From a virus (lineage: Duplodnaviria > Caudoviricetes): a stretch of 29,203 bases of DNA. The stretch is taken from positions 1-29,203 of IMG/VR virus record IMGVR_UViG_3300045999_007911. One strand, written 5' to 3'. The position numbers and the translations under genes are program-made. The notes below the pieces were generated by a model. That model made no database searches. It was not told where the DNA came from and worked only from the letters and a program-made list of their open reading frames with translations. Shown piece by piece: positions 14,054 to 24,500 of this stretch. How positions within the stretch are numbered: the stretch's first letter is position 1; the number at the start of each line of letters is the position of its first letter.

Positions 14054-14279
14054 CGGCTCGGGCGAGCTCGCAACGCTCCTCCCGTGGTCGCGCGTCGAGC
14101 ACCTCCGCCTCGCCGCTGCTTCGGGCTTACTGGGGGCACCAGAGGGCGGAAGTGCTCGGGAGCCTGGAGAGCCTGCTAACGCACCGCCTCGGCTTCGGGC
14201 TGACGACGGCGACACCGCTCCAGAGGCAGCTCGCGCGCCTCGTGGACGGAAGCCCGCAGCTCGACCCGTCGTCGCCTGA
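13938..14279 (+). CDS. Small protein overlapping the GNAT 3' end and the terL 5' end
   Basis: GGAGGTG SD before GTG 13938; globular-looking VEVTIRLVSAVHV...GVLVRD...LLPWSRVEHL followed by low-complexity tail. Confidence 0.55.
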   Translation: MEVTIRLVSAVHVDARMQETIRVPEERVSLSAFGVLVRDGSGELATLLPWSRVEHLRLAAASGLLGAPEGGSAREPGEPANAPPRLRADDGDTAPEAARAPRGRKPAARPVVA

Positions 14280-15666
14280 GCTCCTCGAGGCCGTGGGCGA
14301 CGTGACGAGCCTTGTGGGCGTAAGGCCCCGCGAGGTCACCATCGTCGCGGCCATCCGCTCGGCGAAGACGATGCTCAGCGCCGCTGCGGCCATCCGCATG
14401 ACGCAGACGGTCGACCTTGAGGGCCTCGGGCACGGTGAGATCCCACGCGTGCCGATTCTCTCCCTCGACCTCGACCTGGCGCAGGTGGCGCACCAGCACC
14501 TAACGGGGACCGTTCTCGCGAGCCCCGTGCTCCGGGAGCTCCTCGTCGAAGAGCCCAAGGCCGATAGCCTGAAGCTCTATCACCCGAGCGGAAGGCCCAT
14601 CGAGATCTGCACCGTGGCAGGCAAGCGAGCGGGCTCCAGCCTCATCGCGCGATGGATGGCAGGCGTTATCGTCGACGAAGCCCCACGCATGGCCGGAGAG
14701 GGCGAGGCGGTGGCCAACTTCGACGAGACCAGGCGCGTCATCCTCGGACGCCTGCGGCCCGGTGCGCAGTTCATCAGCATCGGCAGCCCGTGGGCTCCCT
14801 TCGGGCCGATCTTCGAGCAGGTGCAAAGCGACTGGCGCAAGCCAACCGCGCAGCGCGTGGTGGTGCGCGCTCCAGGGTGGGCCATGAATCCGGTCTACTG
14901 GACGCAGGAGCGTATGGACGAGCTCCGCGCGAGCGACCCGGACGCCTGGCGCGTGGACTGCGCCGCCGAGTTCGCCGCGCCCGAGTCGGCGCTTGTTCCG
15001 CCCGATGCGCTCGCGGCCGCCACGAGGCAAGCGGGCGACCTCGAGCCGGACCCGCTCCGCAGCTACGTCGCCGGCATGGACGCGGGCACGCGCGGCAACG
15101 CGTGGACGCTGATCGTCATGTCACGTCACGGAGAAAAGCGACGCATCGACCTCGCGCGGGAGTGGGTAGGCAGCCGCAACGCGCCCCTTTCGGCGACGGA
15201 GATCCTTCGCGAGGTGGCGGCCATCGCGACGCGTTACCGCGTGGCCTCGGTGTGGTGCGACCAGTGGAGCGCGGACCCGCTCCAGGAGCTTGCGCAGCAG
15301 CACGGCCTCACGCTTTACCCGCGCATGACGCCGACGCGTGACAGGTGGGAACAGGCCGCCCGCTTTCGTGGCGAGCTTCTCGAGGGCCGCCTCGAGATGC
15401 ACCCGCACCCGGTGCTCCGCGAGGACGTGCTACGAGCCCGGCGCACCACGACGATGCAGGGCGTGCGGCTCGACCTCCCGACCGGCGGAGACGGCCGGCA
15501 CTGCGACTTCGTGCCGTCTCTCATGCTCGCGACCGCGCAGCACATCCCCGACAAGCGCCCCGCGCCAAATGAACGCGGGACTGAAGCGTGGTACGACGCT
15601 GAGGCGGCTCGCCTGGAACGCGCAGCCGAGGACGCCGCGCGACGTGCGCAAAAGAGGAGATGGTAA
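14152..15666 (+). CDS. terL: Terminase large subunit (start uncertain: GTG 14050 or 14152)
   Basis: Walker A-like AIRSAKT, Walker B VIVDEA, motif III IGSP, AEF linker, RNase H-like nuclease residues AGMDAG, WCDQ and RHCD; precedes portal. Confidence 0.88.
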   Translation: MLGSLESLLTHRLGFGLTTATPLQRQLARLVDGSPQLDPSSPELLEAVGDVTSLVGVRPREVTIVAAIRSAKTMLSAAAAIRMTQTVDLEGLGHGEIPRVPILSLDLDLAQVAHQHLTGTVLASPVLRELLVEEPKADSLKLYHPSGRPIEICTVAGKRAGSSLIARWMAGVIVDEAPRMAGEGEAVANFDETRRVILGRLRPGAQFISIGSPWAPFGPIFEQVQSDWRKPTAQRVVVRAPGWAMNPVYWTQERMDELRASDPDAWRVDCAAEFAAPESALVPPDALAAATRQAGDLEPDPLRSYVAGMDAGTRGNAWTLIVMSRHGEKRRIDLAREWVGSRNAPLSATEILREVAAIATRYRVASVWCDQWSADPLQELAQQHGLTLYPRMTPTRDRWEQAARFRGELLEGRLEMHPHPVLREDVLRARRTTTMQGVRLDLPTGGDGRHCDFVPSLMLATAQHIPDKRPAPNERGTEAWYDAEAARLERAAEDAARRAQKRRW

Positions 15667-17466
15667 ATGGCTACGCAGAGCATTCGATGGTGGGCGCTTG
15701 AAGGTAAGGCCGCGCTTGACGGCGTGTGGAGCACGGTGCGCGAGCTCCGAGACGTGGGCGAGACGCGCCTGGACGCGTATGCGCGCTACATCGAAGCGTA
15801 CGACGTGGAGCTCCCGGTGCAGGGCCGCAAGGGCAGCCCATACCGCCTCATTGACGAGGGCGTGCTTACCCCGAACAAGTATCGCCGTGTCCTCGACACC
15901 ATCCACGCGAAGATCATCCGTAACAAGGTGCTTCCGCAGGCCGTGAGCACGGGCGGAGACTACTCGACGCGCGCCAAGGCCAAGGGCTTTTCGCTCTTCC
16001 TCGAGGGCGTGCTTGCGACCGAGAACATGGACCGCCTCGCGGACCTCGGGGTGCGTGACTCCCTCCTTTGCGGCTTCGCGGCATTGAAGGTGACGCCCGA
16101 GGCCGAGCGCGTGTGCTTCGAGCGCCTGAAGCCGTGGTGCCTCTTCCTGCGCGAGGCCGAGTGCAACGGAGACCTGCCGCGCCGGCTTTACTACGTGGAC
16201 GACTTCGACCGCGGGGCGCTCGCGGACATGTTCCCCGATTCGGAGCACGCGATCATGGCCGCACCGATGCCGTCGCAGGTGGGCACGACGCGTCTTATGG
16301 ACACGTGGAACCCCGACGCGGTGCGCGTGGTGGAGGCGTGGAGCCTCGGCACGCCCGAGAAGCCGGGCCGCCACGTTATCGCGATCGAAGGGCACGCGCT
16401 CCTCGACGAGGAGTGGACGGAGCCCGAGTTCCCGGTGGCCGTGCTTCGCTTCTACGCGCCCCCGGTGGGCTTCTTCCCGGTGCCGGTTGCGAAGCTCCTG
16501 CTTCCGATTCAGCGGGAGCTCGAGTTCACCGCGGCGCGTCTCCAACGCGCGTTCCGCATCATGAGCTCGGCTCACTTCGTCGTGGCCCCCGGTGTGGAGT
16601 TCAGCACGGAGCAGATGACGAACGAGATCGGCACGGTGTGGCGCGCGAACCCCGGCCAGATTCAGCCGTTCGTTCCGCCGGCCGCGTCGCCCGACCTGTA
16701 CCGTTACTTTACCGACCTCGGGCCCATGATGACCGAAATGTCAGGCGCATCGGCCATGAGCGTTGCGAACCAGAAGCCCGGCGGCGTCACGAGCGGCATT
16801 GCGCTCCAGACGCTCGACGACGTGGAGGCCGAGGGCTTCCTTGCGATGCACCGCGCCTTCGCCGATTGGCACGTGCAGATCGCGCGCCTGGCCATCCGCG
16901 CTTGCGCCGTGGTCGCCGAGGAGACGCCATCCTTTGCCGTGCGCGTCATGGGCAAGGGCCGCGCGCAGACCATCCGCTGGCGTGACGTGGCCATGGATGA
17001 CGACGAATACGAGATCCGCGTGATGCCTACGAGCCAGTTTGCGCGAGACTTCGCGGCACGCATCGACCAGGCCGAGAAGCTCTTGCAGCTCGGTGCGCTC
17101 ACCGTGCCGCAGTTCCGTGAGGTGCTCGACTTGCCCGACCTGCAAGCGGAAACCGACCTCGACCTCAGTGACCTCCAGATCATCGACCGGAACATCGAGG
17201 CGATCCTCGTGCGCCAGATCCCGATCATCGCGGAGCCCTTCGATAACCTCGCGCTCATCATGCAGCGCGGCGTGAAGGCGTACAACCTGGCGCGACTGAA
17301 CGACGCCGATCCCGTGGCCCTCGAGCTCCTGCGCCGGTACATCCAGAGCGCGCAGGACCTCCAGGCCGCCGCCGCACCGCCTCCCGCCCCGATGGCCGCT
17401 CCTGGCCCCGAGGGCCTCCCGCCTGACCTTGCGCAGCTCGCAGGCCAGGCACCCGCACTAGCCTAG
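15667..17466 (+). CDS. Portal (head-tail connector) protein
   Basis: 599 aa between terL and scaffold; KPGGVTSGIAL..L.D.E motif typical of podoviral portals; GAGGAG SD. Confidence 0.85.
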   Translation: MATQSIRWWALEGKAALDGVWSTVRELRDVGETRLDAYARYIEAYDVELPVQGRKGSPYRLIDEGVLTPNKYRRVLDTIHAKIIRNKVLPQAVSTGGDYSTRAKAKGFSLFLEGVLATENMDRLADLGVRDSLLCGFAALKVTPEAERVCFERLKPWCLFLREAECNGDLPRRLYYVDDFDRGALADMFPDSEHAIMAAPMPSQVGTTRLMDTWNPDAVRVVEAWSLGTPEKPGRHVIAIEGHALLDEEWTEPEFPVAVLRFYAPPVGFFPVPVAKLLLPIQRELEFTAARLQRAFRIMSSAHFVVAPGVEFSTEQMTNEIGTVWRANPGQIQPFVPPAASPDLYRYFTDLGPMMTEMSGASAMSVANQKPGGVTSGIALQTLDDVEAEGFLAMHRAFADWHVQIARLAIRACAVVAEETPSFAVRVMGKGRAQTIRWRDVAMDDDEYEIRVMPTSQFARDFAARIDQAEKLLQLGALTVPQFREVLDLPDLQAETDLDLSDLQIIDRNIEAILVRQIPIIAEPFDNLALIMQRGVKAYNLARLNDADPVALELLRRYIQSAQDLQAAAAPPPAPMAAPGPEGLPPDLAQLAGQAPALA

Positions 17467-17475
17467 CGGAGAAGC

Positions 17476-18486
17476 ATGAACATCGAGACCACGACCCCCA
17501 TGACGACGAGCGCGCCGGCAGAGCAAACGGCGCAGTTTGCCAACACCAACGGCGACGACCGCCGGGCCCGGCGCGAAGCCGCGATGGATGCCCTTCGCAG
17601 CGCGCAGCGTCCCGCAACCAAGGCCGAGCCCGAGGCATCGGAACCGGACGAGGAGTCGGCACCCGAGGCCCCGGCGCTTTTGCGCGCGGAGCCCGAGGAA
17701 GAACCCGAGGCCGACGAGAGCGAGGAGGACGAGGAGCCCAAGCTCGCGGCCGTCGTTCGTGCACGCGAAAAGGCGAACCGCCTTCGACGTGAGGCCGAGG
17801 CGCAGCGCATGGAGATCGAGCGCGACCGGATGCGCCTCGAGCTCGAGCGCCGCGAGGTGGAGCAGCTCCGCCGCGCCCGTGAGGCGATGGCCAAAGACCC
17901 GCTCGCGGGCCTTAAGGAGCTCGGCGTGGACCTGCGCGACCTCACGGAACGCGCGGCCATGGAGGGCACGCCAGACGCGCAGATCCACGAGCTCCGCCAG
18001 GCCCTCGAGGCGCAGCGCAAGGAGCTTGAGGACTACCGCCGCGGGCAGCAGGCGCGCGAAATGGAGGTGACGCGCACCAAGGCCGAGGCCGATTTCTTCG
18101 CCATGGCCCGCTCTGAAGAACAGTTCCCCTACCTTGCCGCGCGGGCCGAGCTTCACCCGGAGCTCGTGAAAAGCCAGGCGTACGCGCTCCAAGACCAGTA
18201 CTACAAGCAGACCGGCAAGGTGCCGAGCCTGCAAGAGATTGCAGAGGCGCTGGACTACCTCGCGAGCGAGGAGTATCGTCACGTCAACGAGCGCCAAGCT
18301 CGACGCGGCACCAGCACCGCCGCGGCATCCGGGACGGTCCCCGCAGCAGGCAAGCCGAAGCCCTCTCGCACGCTGAGCGCGTCGCGAGCCGGTGAGAAGT
18401 CCACCACGACGCCAGACCTGCGCACCATGGACCGCGATTCGCGGAAAGCCTATGTCGCGCAGCTCTTGAAGGCAGGGCGGCTCTAA
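17476..18486 (+). CDS. Capsid scaffolding protein
   Basis: Acidic disordered N-terminus, coiled coil, DPLA.L.ELG, FPYL; between portal and capsid genes. Confidence 0.75.
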   Translation: MNIETTTPMTTSAPAEQTAQFANTNGDDRRARREAAMDALRSAQRPATKAEPEASEPDEESAPEAPALLRAEPEEEPEADESEEDEEPKLAAVVRAREKANRLRREAEAQRMEIERDRMRLELERREVEQLRRAREAMAKDPLAGLKELGVDLRDLTERAAMEGTPDAQIHELRQALEAQRKELEDYRRGQQAREMEVTRTKAEADFFAMARSEEQFPYLAARAELHPELVKSQAYALQDQYYKQTGKVPSLQEIAEALDYLASEEYRHVNERQARRGTSTAAASGTVPAAGKPKPSRTLSASRAGEKSTTTPDLRTMDRDSRKAYVAQLLKAGRL

Positions 18487-18497
18487 CGGCTAGCGCG

Positions 18498-18540
18498 CTC
18501 CAGGGCGAGAGGAATCCTCACCCTCTCGCCTGTTTTGGAG
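18498..18540 (+). promoter_or_regulatory. Hairpin in the capsid-gene leader (terminator-like, may occlude SD)
   Basis: CTCCA-GGGCGAGAGG...CCTCTCGCCT-GTTT-TGGAG; outer arm pairs with the GGAG SD; TGTTTT follows the inner stem. Confidence 0.5.
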
Positions 18541-18546
18541 CCTCAC

Positions 18547-19860
18547 ATGGCCGTTCTCGACCTCTCGAATGCCGAAAAGATCGTCAAGTTCCTCTATCCG
18601 GACTACACGGTCCCGCGCGAACTCCGCAAGACGAACCCCTTCTATGCGATGCTCGCGAAAAAGACGAACTTCGTGGGTAAGTCCGTCGAAGTTCCGCTCA
18701 CCATCAACACCACGCAGGGTGGTGGCTCGACCTTCGCGACCGCGAAGACGGCGAACGAGCAGAACTACGCTTATTCGGACACCTACAAGTCCTTTACGCT
18801 GACCCGCAAGAGCGACTATTCGCTCGCGACCATCGGCGGCGAGGCCATGAAGGCCGCCGTGATGGACGAGGGCGCGATGGTCGACCTCTTCCAGGACACG
18901 ATCGACCTCGCGATGATGACCGCGATGCGTTCGATCGCGCGTAACCTCTTCCGCGACGGTTGCGCCTGGGCGGGCAAGGTTGGCTCGGTCTCGGGCTCGA
19001 TCATCACGCTCTCGACGCCCTCTGACGCGTTCAACTTCGACCTCGGGATGCGCGTCACCGTGTTTTCGTCGTCGTCGTTCCTCATGGATACCGTCGTGAA
19101 CTCGACGGACACGACCCCGTACTACGTCACGGGCGTTGACCGTAAGGCCGGCACCATCACGCTGAACAGCGTGACCAGCGTCGCGGCCGGCCAGTACATC
19201 GCGCGCGCGGGCGACCGCACCGTGTCGACGACGGACGCGACCGTGTTCACCAACTCGCGCGTCATCACGGGTGCTTCGCAGTGGATCGCGGGCTCGGCCG
19301 CTGGTGCGGTCACGGGCGCGAACGCCGGTGCGCAGTTCCAGGCCGGCATCTACGGCGTGACCCGTACGAGCGACAAGACGGCCCTCGCCGGCAACTCGCT
19401 CGATTGCACCGCGGCGGCTCCCGACGAGGCGATCATCCAGCTCGTCTCGGACGTTGCGGCGGAGGGTGGCCGTCCTGACCACTGCTTCATGAACCCGCGC
19501 GACTTCGCGGCCCTGAACAAGTTCCTTGGCTCGCGTACGGTCTACGACCGCGCCGTGAGCATCGAGGACGCGGACATTGGCTTCCAGTCCATCGTCCTCA
19601 TGGGCGACACGGGCCCCGTGAAGTGCGTCTCGGACATCAACGTGCCGCAGAGCCAGATCTTCGCGCTCCAGCTCGACACGTGGGACTTGTTCAGCCTGAA
19701 CGCGGCCCCGCATATCCTCGACTACGACCGCAACCAGTTCCTGCGCGTGAGCGATGACGATGCGTACCAGATCCGCATCGGCAGCTACGCGAACCTGCGT
19801 TGCAAGGCCCCGGCGTTCAACGGCCGCGGCTTCAACTACCTCGCCACCTCCACCTTCTGA
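18547..19860 (+). CDS. Major capsid protein (HK97 fold)
   Basis: About 437 aa after scaffold; K..Y......L...NPF.AM..K...F.GK....P; strongly biased codon use; ATG 18547 with GGAG. Confidence 0.88.
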   Translation: MAVLDLSNAEKIVKFLYPDYTVPRELRKTNPFYAMLAKKTNFVGKSVEVPLTINTTQGGGSTFATAKTANEQNYAYSDTYKSFTLTRKSDYSLATIGGEAMKAAVMDEGAMVDLFQDTIDLAMMTAMRSIARNLFRDGCAWAGKVGSVSGSIITLSTPSDAFNFDLGMRVTVFSSSSFLMDTVVNSTDTTPYYVTGVDRKAGTITLNSVTSVAAGQYIARAGDRTVSTTDATVFTNSRVITGASQWIAGSAAGAVTGANAGAQFQAGIYGVTRTSDKTALAGNSLDCTAAAPDEAIIQLVSDVAAEGGRPDHCFMNPRDFAALNKFLGSRTVYDRAVSIEDADIGFQSIVLMGDTGPVKCVSDINVPQSQIFALQLDTWDLFSLNAAPHILDYDRNQFLRVSDDDAYQIRIGSYANLRCKAPAFNGRGFNYLATSTF

Positions 19861-19867
19861 GGCCACC

Positions 19868-20245
19868 ATGGCAGCCCGATCATTTGTCCAACTTCTCGGC
19901 GCTCCCGATCCGGGCGTCGTGGTGCTCGCCTTCAACTTCACGCCCAACGGCACCGGCGCAATCGCGTCGAGCGCCATCCGTGGGCGTGGGGTGGCCTCGG
20001 TCTCGTGGAACAGCACTGACAACGTTTATGACGTGGTTTTGTCCGACGAATACCCGTCGTGTCTCGCCGCGCAAGCGACGTATGTTCTCGCCAGCCCCGA
20101 CGACAAAATTGCGCAGGTGCGCGCCGTCTTCGCCACCTCGAAGACTATCGGCGTGTGTATCTACGATATCAGCGCCGGCACGCGCGGCAGCGTGAGCGCG
20201 GGCACGATCCACGTCACCCTCGTTCTCAAAAACTCGGGCGTCTAA
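19868..20245 (+). CDS. Small beta-rich virion protein (possible head decoration)
   Basis: ATG 19868 after capsid stop; G..SV......Y.V.L.D.Y...L, ends LKNSGV. Confidence 0.6.
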   Translation: MAARSFVQLLGAPDPGVVVLAFNFTPNGTGAIASSAIRGRGVASVSWNSTDNVYDVVLSDEYPSCLAAQATYVLASPDDKIAQVRAVFATSKTIGVCIYDISAGTRGSVSAGTIHVTLVLKNSGV

Positions 20246-20445
20246 TGAAGAAGCCCGCGCTTTTGATCGCTCTCGGTCGTGGACCAAAGGGCGGCATGGA
20301 AGAGGAAGAAGCGCCGGAATCCGAGCGCGGCTACGCCGAGGAAAAGAAAGCCTTGGCCGCTGACGTGCTCGACGCCGTGAAGAGCGGCAACAAGCAAGAC
20401 CTCGCGGACGCTCTCGAGGCGTTCGTGATGGCCTGCAACGACTGA
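20245..20445 (+). CDS. Small acidic helical protein
   Basis: TAATG overlap; A.DVL.AVKS.....LA.ALEAFV. Confidence 0.65.
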   Translation: MKKPALLIALGRGPKGGMEEEEAPESERGYAEEKKALAADVLDAVKSGNKQDLADALEAFVMACND

Positions 20446-20456
20446 GGAGATGAGAG

Positions 20457-21146
20457 ATGGCACGGAGCAGGACACTCGGAGACATGCGCTCGGACGTTCG
20501 GCTCCGTGCCGATCTCGTTGGGAATCAGTTCGTTACGGACTCAGAGCTCAACGAATACATCAACCAGAGCCTTGCGGAGCTATATGACCGCCTCGTTGGC
20601 TCGCGCGGCCAAGAGTACTACGCCGCCGAGCAGGTCATCACGACCACGGGCGTGGAAGGTTACGCGCTCCCGGCGACGCATTACGAGACGCTTTATGTGG
20701 AGCTCGAGGACAGCGGCGCACGCGTGCGGCTCGGGTCGTACAGCTTCCACGAGCGCGCTTCCCTCATCGGCACGTCAGCGGCCAACCCGGGCCGACCGGT
20801 GGCCTTCCGCATCATCGCGAGCAACATCACCTTTTTGCCGGCCCCCACGGCAGGCTACACGATCCGGCATTGGTACGTGCCCGCGTGCCCGCGCCTGGCC
20901 TCGGATTCGGATTCCTTCGACGGCATTGACGGATGGGAGGAGTACGCCATTTGGCGAGCGGTGGCCTACGTGCAGCAGAAGGAGCAGCTTGACCCGAGCT
21001 TTGCGCTTTCCTTCGTGACCTCGCTCGGTCAACGCATCGACCGCCTTGCGCCCTTCCGCGCGACGCAGAACACGGAGCGCGTCACCGACGTGTACGGGAC
21101 GCTCCGTTACGACACGGACCCTTCGCGCTTCCTCCCGAGGCCCTGA
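20457..21146 (+). CDS. Head-tail adaptor (tail tubular protein A-like)
   Basis: TL..MR..VR.RAD....FVTDSELNEYIN....ELYD.L...Y.LP...P.P...Y...Y.P...GWEEY. Confidence 0.78.
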   Translation: MARSRTLGDMRSDVRLRADLVGNQFVTDSELNEYINQSLAELYDRLVGSRGQEYYAAEQVITTTGVEGYALPATHYETLYVELEDSGARVRLGSYSFHERASLIGTSAANPGRPVAFRIIASNITFLPAPTAGYTIRHWYVPACPRLASDSDSFDGIDGWEEYAIWRAVAYVQQKEQLDPSFALSFVTSLGQRIDRLAPFRATQNTERVTDVYGTLRYDTDPSRFLPRP

Positions 21147-21149
21147 GCC

Positions 21150-21587
21150 GTGGCCAAGCCACTACCGGGACGCCCCGAGCTCATCGGCCCAACGACCACG
21201 CGCCTTCGCACCGTGCCCACGCGTGTGCTCGCGACCGAAGAGGCCGCAACGACGGACGCGCAGCGCCAAAGCCAGATGGGCTTTCAGCGCATGAATCAGA
21301 TCGTGAAGGCCGTCGAGGCGCTCCAGCAAGTGCCCTTCGGCAACGGTCAATTTTTGACCGTGCCCGATGGGAGCGGCGGACGAAACGAGCTCATCACGTT
21401 CGGCGCGGCGGGCACGTACACGATCCCGCACACGCTCGGGCGACCCGTTGAGGGCTTCGTGGTGGTCGACTGCCAGACCTCGGGAAACCATCGCATCCAC
21501 CGCCACGCCCGCACGCGCAGCGAGGACGAGCGCAGCGTGCAGTTCGACATTCAGGCCGCGTGCAGCCTCAAAATTTGGGTATGGTGA
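21150..21587 (+). CDS. Small virion/tail protein
   Basis: I.H.LGR...G..VV ... .IWVW C-terminal beta motif; between adaptor and nozzle genes. Confidence 0.65.
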   Translation: MAKPLPGRPELIGPTTTRLRTVPTRVLATEEAATTDAQRQSQMGFQRMNQIVKAVEALQQVPFGNGQFLTVPDGSGGRNELITFGAAGTYTIPHTLGRPVEGFVVVDCQTSGNHRIHRHARTRSEDERSVQFDIQAACSLKIWVW

Positions 21588-21590
21588 GCC

Positions 21591-24500
21591 ATGGCTAACG
21601 AAGCGAAGCCCGGCGCGGGCGTCATTGTGCGGGCCGACTTCGGCGGCGGCATCGATCAAAGCATGGACGCGTGGCGCGTCCCGCCGTCTCAGCTCTCCGC
21701 GCTCGTCAACGGCCGCCTCGAGCGCGTGGGCAGCGTGCGCAAGCGCACCGGATACACGGCACTCACGCCGCCGATCTCCAGCACGGCGCAGCAACCCGTC
21801 GCGGCCCTCTCGCAAGGCAAGCAGACCGCCACCGTGGAGCTCGCGACCGACAACGCCGCGGACAACTGGACGCGCAATTTCGTTGACCAGCGCATCGGCA
21901 ACGAGTGTCGCCGCGTGGCCCGTAGCTACGCGCCCGGTAGCACCGCGGATTGGGTTACGACGGGCCCGGTCTCCGACGTGGTGGCCGATACGATCGTGCT
22001 CGACGGCAACGCGGGCAACATCGCCGAGACCGTGGATTATGCGACCTCGGGCGAGTTTATCTTCGTGGCGAAGCTCAATGAGCCCACCAGCGCGACCTCC
22101 GCGGCCGCCCTGACGCTGACGCAGTACGACCGCACGACCCGCGCCGTCATTTCAGAAAAGACGCTGATTTGGACCTCGGCGCGTGTGTACGTCAAGCTCC
22201 TCGCGTTCGACACGCCGCAGGCCCTCGTGGTGTCGGTGGCCCACAACAGCGCACCGGGCCTCGGGACGTGTGAATTCTTCCTTTACACGTTCAGCGCGTC
22301 AGGCCTGACGTTCGTTACGGCTCCCGCGCCAACGGTGCGCCAGACCACGATTTCGTGGGTCGACGTGACCGCGTTCGAGGGCCTCCCGGAACAGAAGTAC
22401 CGCCCGCTCTGCCCGTTCGACGTAATCAAGCGTGGGCAACGGCTCTTCTTCGTGAGCTACTCGGCAAGCGCCTCGGCTTACCGTGCGGAGCTCTTCGACG
22501 TGACCGCATCGGCCATCACCTCAGTTGGAAACAACGACTTCAAGCCGGCCGGCACGGCAGACGCGCACGTACTGAGCGCATGTAACATCAACAACCGCGT
22601 GGCCATTTGCGCGGGCGAGTACCAGCCCGCAGCATCGCCAGACTACTACGCAGCCGCGAACACGAATGCCGTGTTGATCACGGTCGACATGGCCGCGATC
22701 ACGGTCAACGCGTTTTCGATCTTCCCCATCACGCGTACGAACGCCGCGGCACGCGTGGCCCCCGGCCGCGTGACGGTGCAGCAGTACAAGGCGACTGACG
22801 CGACGGAGGCCCGTGTGGTGGGCATCCTCGAGCAACTCGAATACTCCGCGCCCGGCATCGTGTGGACACACCAGATCGTGCGCGTGGGCATCGGCGAGAG
22901 CCGCGCGACGGCAGATGACGTGCTCGTGCGCCTCTCCTCGGCGGTGCCATCGTCGCGCATGTTCAACTTGCAGGCGACCACGCAGATCCCTTCGACGGAC
23001 ATTCTTCTGACGCGGATGCCCGTGACCGTGGGCGCAAGCGTGCAGACCTTCTACGGGCGCGACACGGGCAACCCCGTGACGGATTTCGTCTCCAACTACT
23101 CGAGCACCATCGGAACGCTTGCCATCGTGGGCCCCACGGCAACGACGTTGACGACCGTGGCCGGCCCGGTGCAGACCATCGCGCCGCGCCTCGTGCCGGC
23201 CCCGCCTCCCTCGCCGATTCAGATCAGCGGTCAATGGTACGTGCCGCAGCTCGTGGCGCTCGACGGCTCCGCGGGCTTCGGTGTCGCGCTCGTGCGCCTG
23301 ACGGAGCGCAGCGTGGGCGACGTGAGCCCCGGCAACTTTGGCGGCCTTCCGGTTTACCCCGGCGGCGTGCTTCAGCAGATCGACGGCGAACGTGTCGGCG
23401 AGGTCACGCTCGCAGACCGCCCGCACGTGTGGTTCGTGAGCGCCACCAACGCGGGAGCCGTGGACGACTTCGCGGCGGGAGATTACCTCATCCAAGCCGT
23501 GGCGAGCTACCGCGACTCGGCGGGCAACATCCACCGCAGTACCCCGAGCGACCCGTACCGCATGGTCGTTGGAGCCACCACCGCCCGCACGTGGACGATC
23601 TACTACTCGCCGACGAGCTACACGAACCGCAACGACGTATCGCTCGAGTTCTACGTGACCGAAACCAACGGGACGATCCTCCGCTCGTGGTTCACGCGTC
23701 CCAACCCCACCGTGGGCTCCGTCGCGACCTTCGTCGTGAACGACCCGCAAGCCGGCGGGACGGGCCTTCCCTCGCTTGACTCGACGACGATCTACACGAC
23801 CGGCGGCGTTCTTCCGTTCGTGCCCGTGCCCTCGTGCCGCTTCGCGACGCTCTTTAAAAATCGGCTCATCGTCGGCGGCGCAGACGACCCGAAGAGCGTC
23901 TATTACAGCAACGGCCCCACGGCCTACCAAGCCCCCGCCTTTGCCGTGGGCAACGTCATTCGCATGGAGCACGAAAGCGGATGCACGGCCGCCGGCAACG
24001 TCGACGACAAACTGATCCTGTTTAGCTCGAGCGGCATCTACGCCACGTTCGGCCAGTTCCGAGACGCGACCGGCGCGGGTGACGCGCTCGCGGAGCTCGA
24101 GAGCATCCACGATTACATCGGATGCACGCAGCCGCTAAGCGTCTTCGGCATCCCGACGGGCCTGATCTTCTTCGGCTCGGATGGCCTTTTCTACCTCATC
24201 GACACGCGCCTCGGTCTCGTGCCGATCGGGCTCAAGGTGCAAGACGTGACGCGCGGCACGGGCTCGGGCGCGTTTAACGTCGTGCAAGGCGCGGTACACA
24301 TCGAAGCCGAGCGCGAGGTGCGCTTCTACATGCAAGACCCGCTTAGCGGCCTCGGCGCGGCACTCGTCTACAACTACCAGGTGGACCAGTGGAGCTTTGA
24401 CCTTATCAACGACCCTTCGACGAGCTCCCTCCCTGGCGGATGGGCGGGCGCGTGCTTCTCCGAGGCGCTGCGGTGCTTCGTGGTGACCCCGTCCACCTAC

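Noticed and set aside
19754-19868. Programmed frameshift fusing the capsid to the downstream protein
   Set aside because: The downstream frame is open upstream, but no slippery sequence is visible and the gene has its own GAGG and ATG.
18490-20022. 510-aa minus-strand ORF opposite the capsid gene
   Set aside because: Antisense shadow caused by strong codon bias in high-GC DNA.
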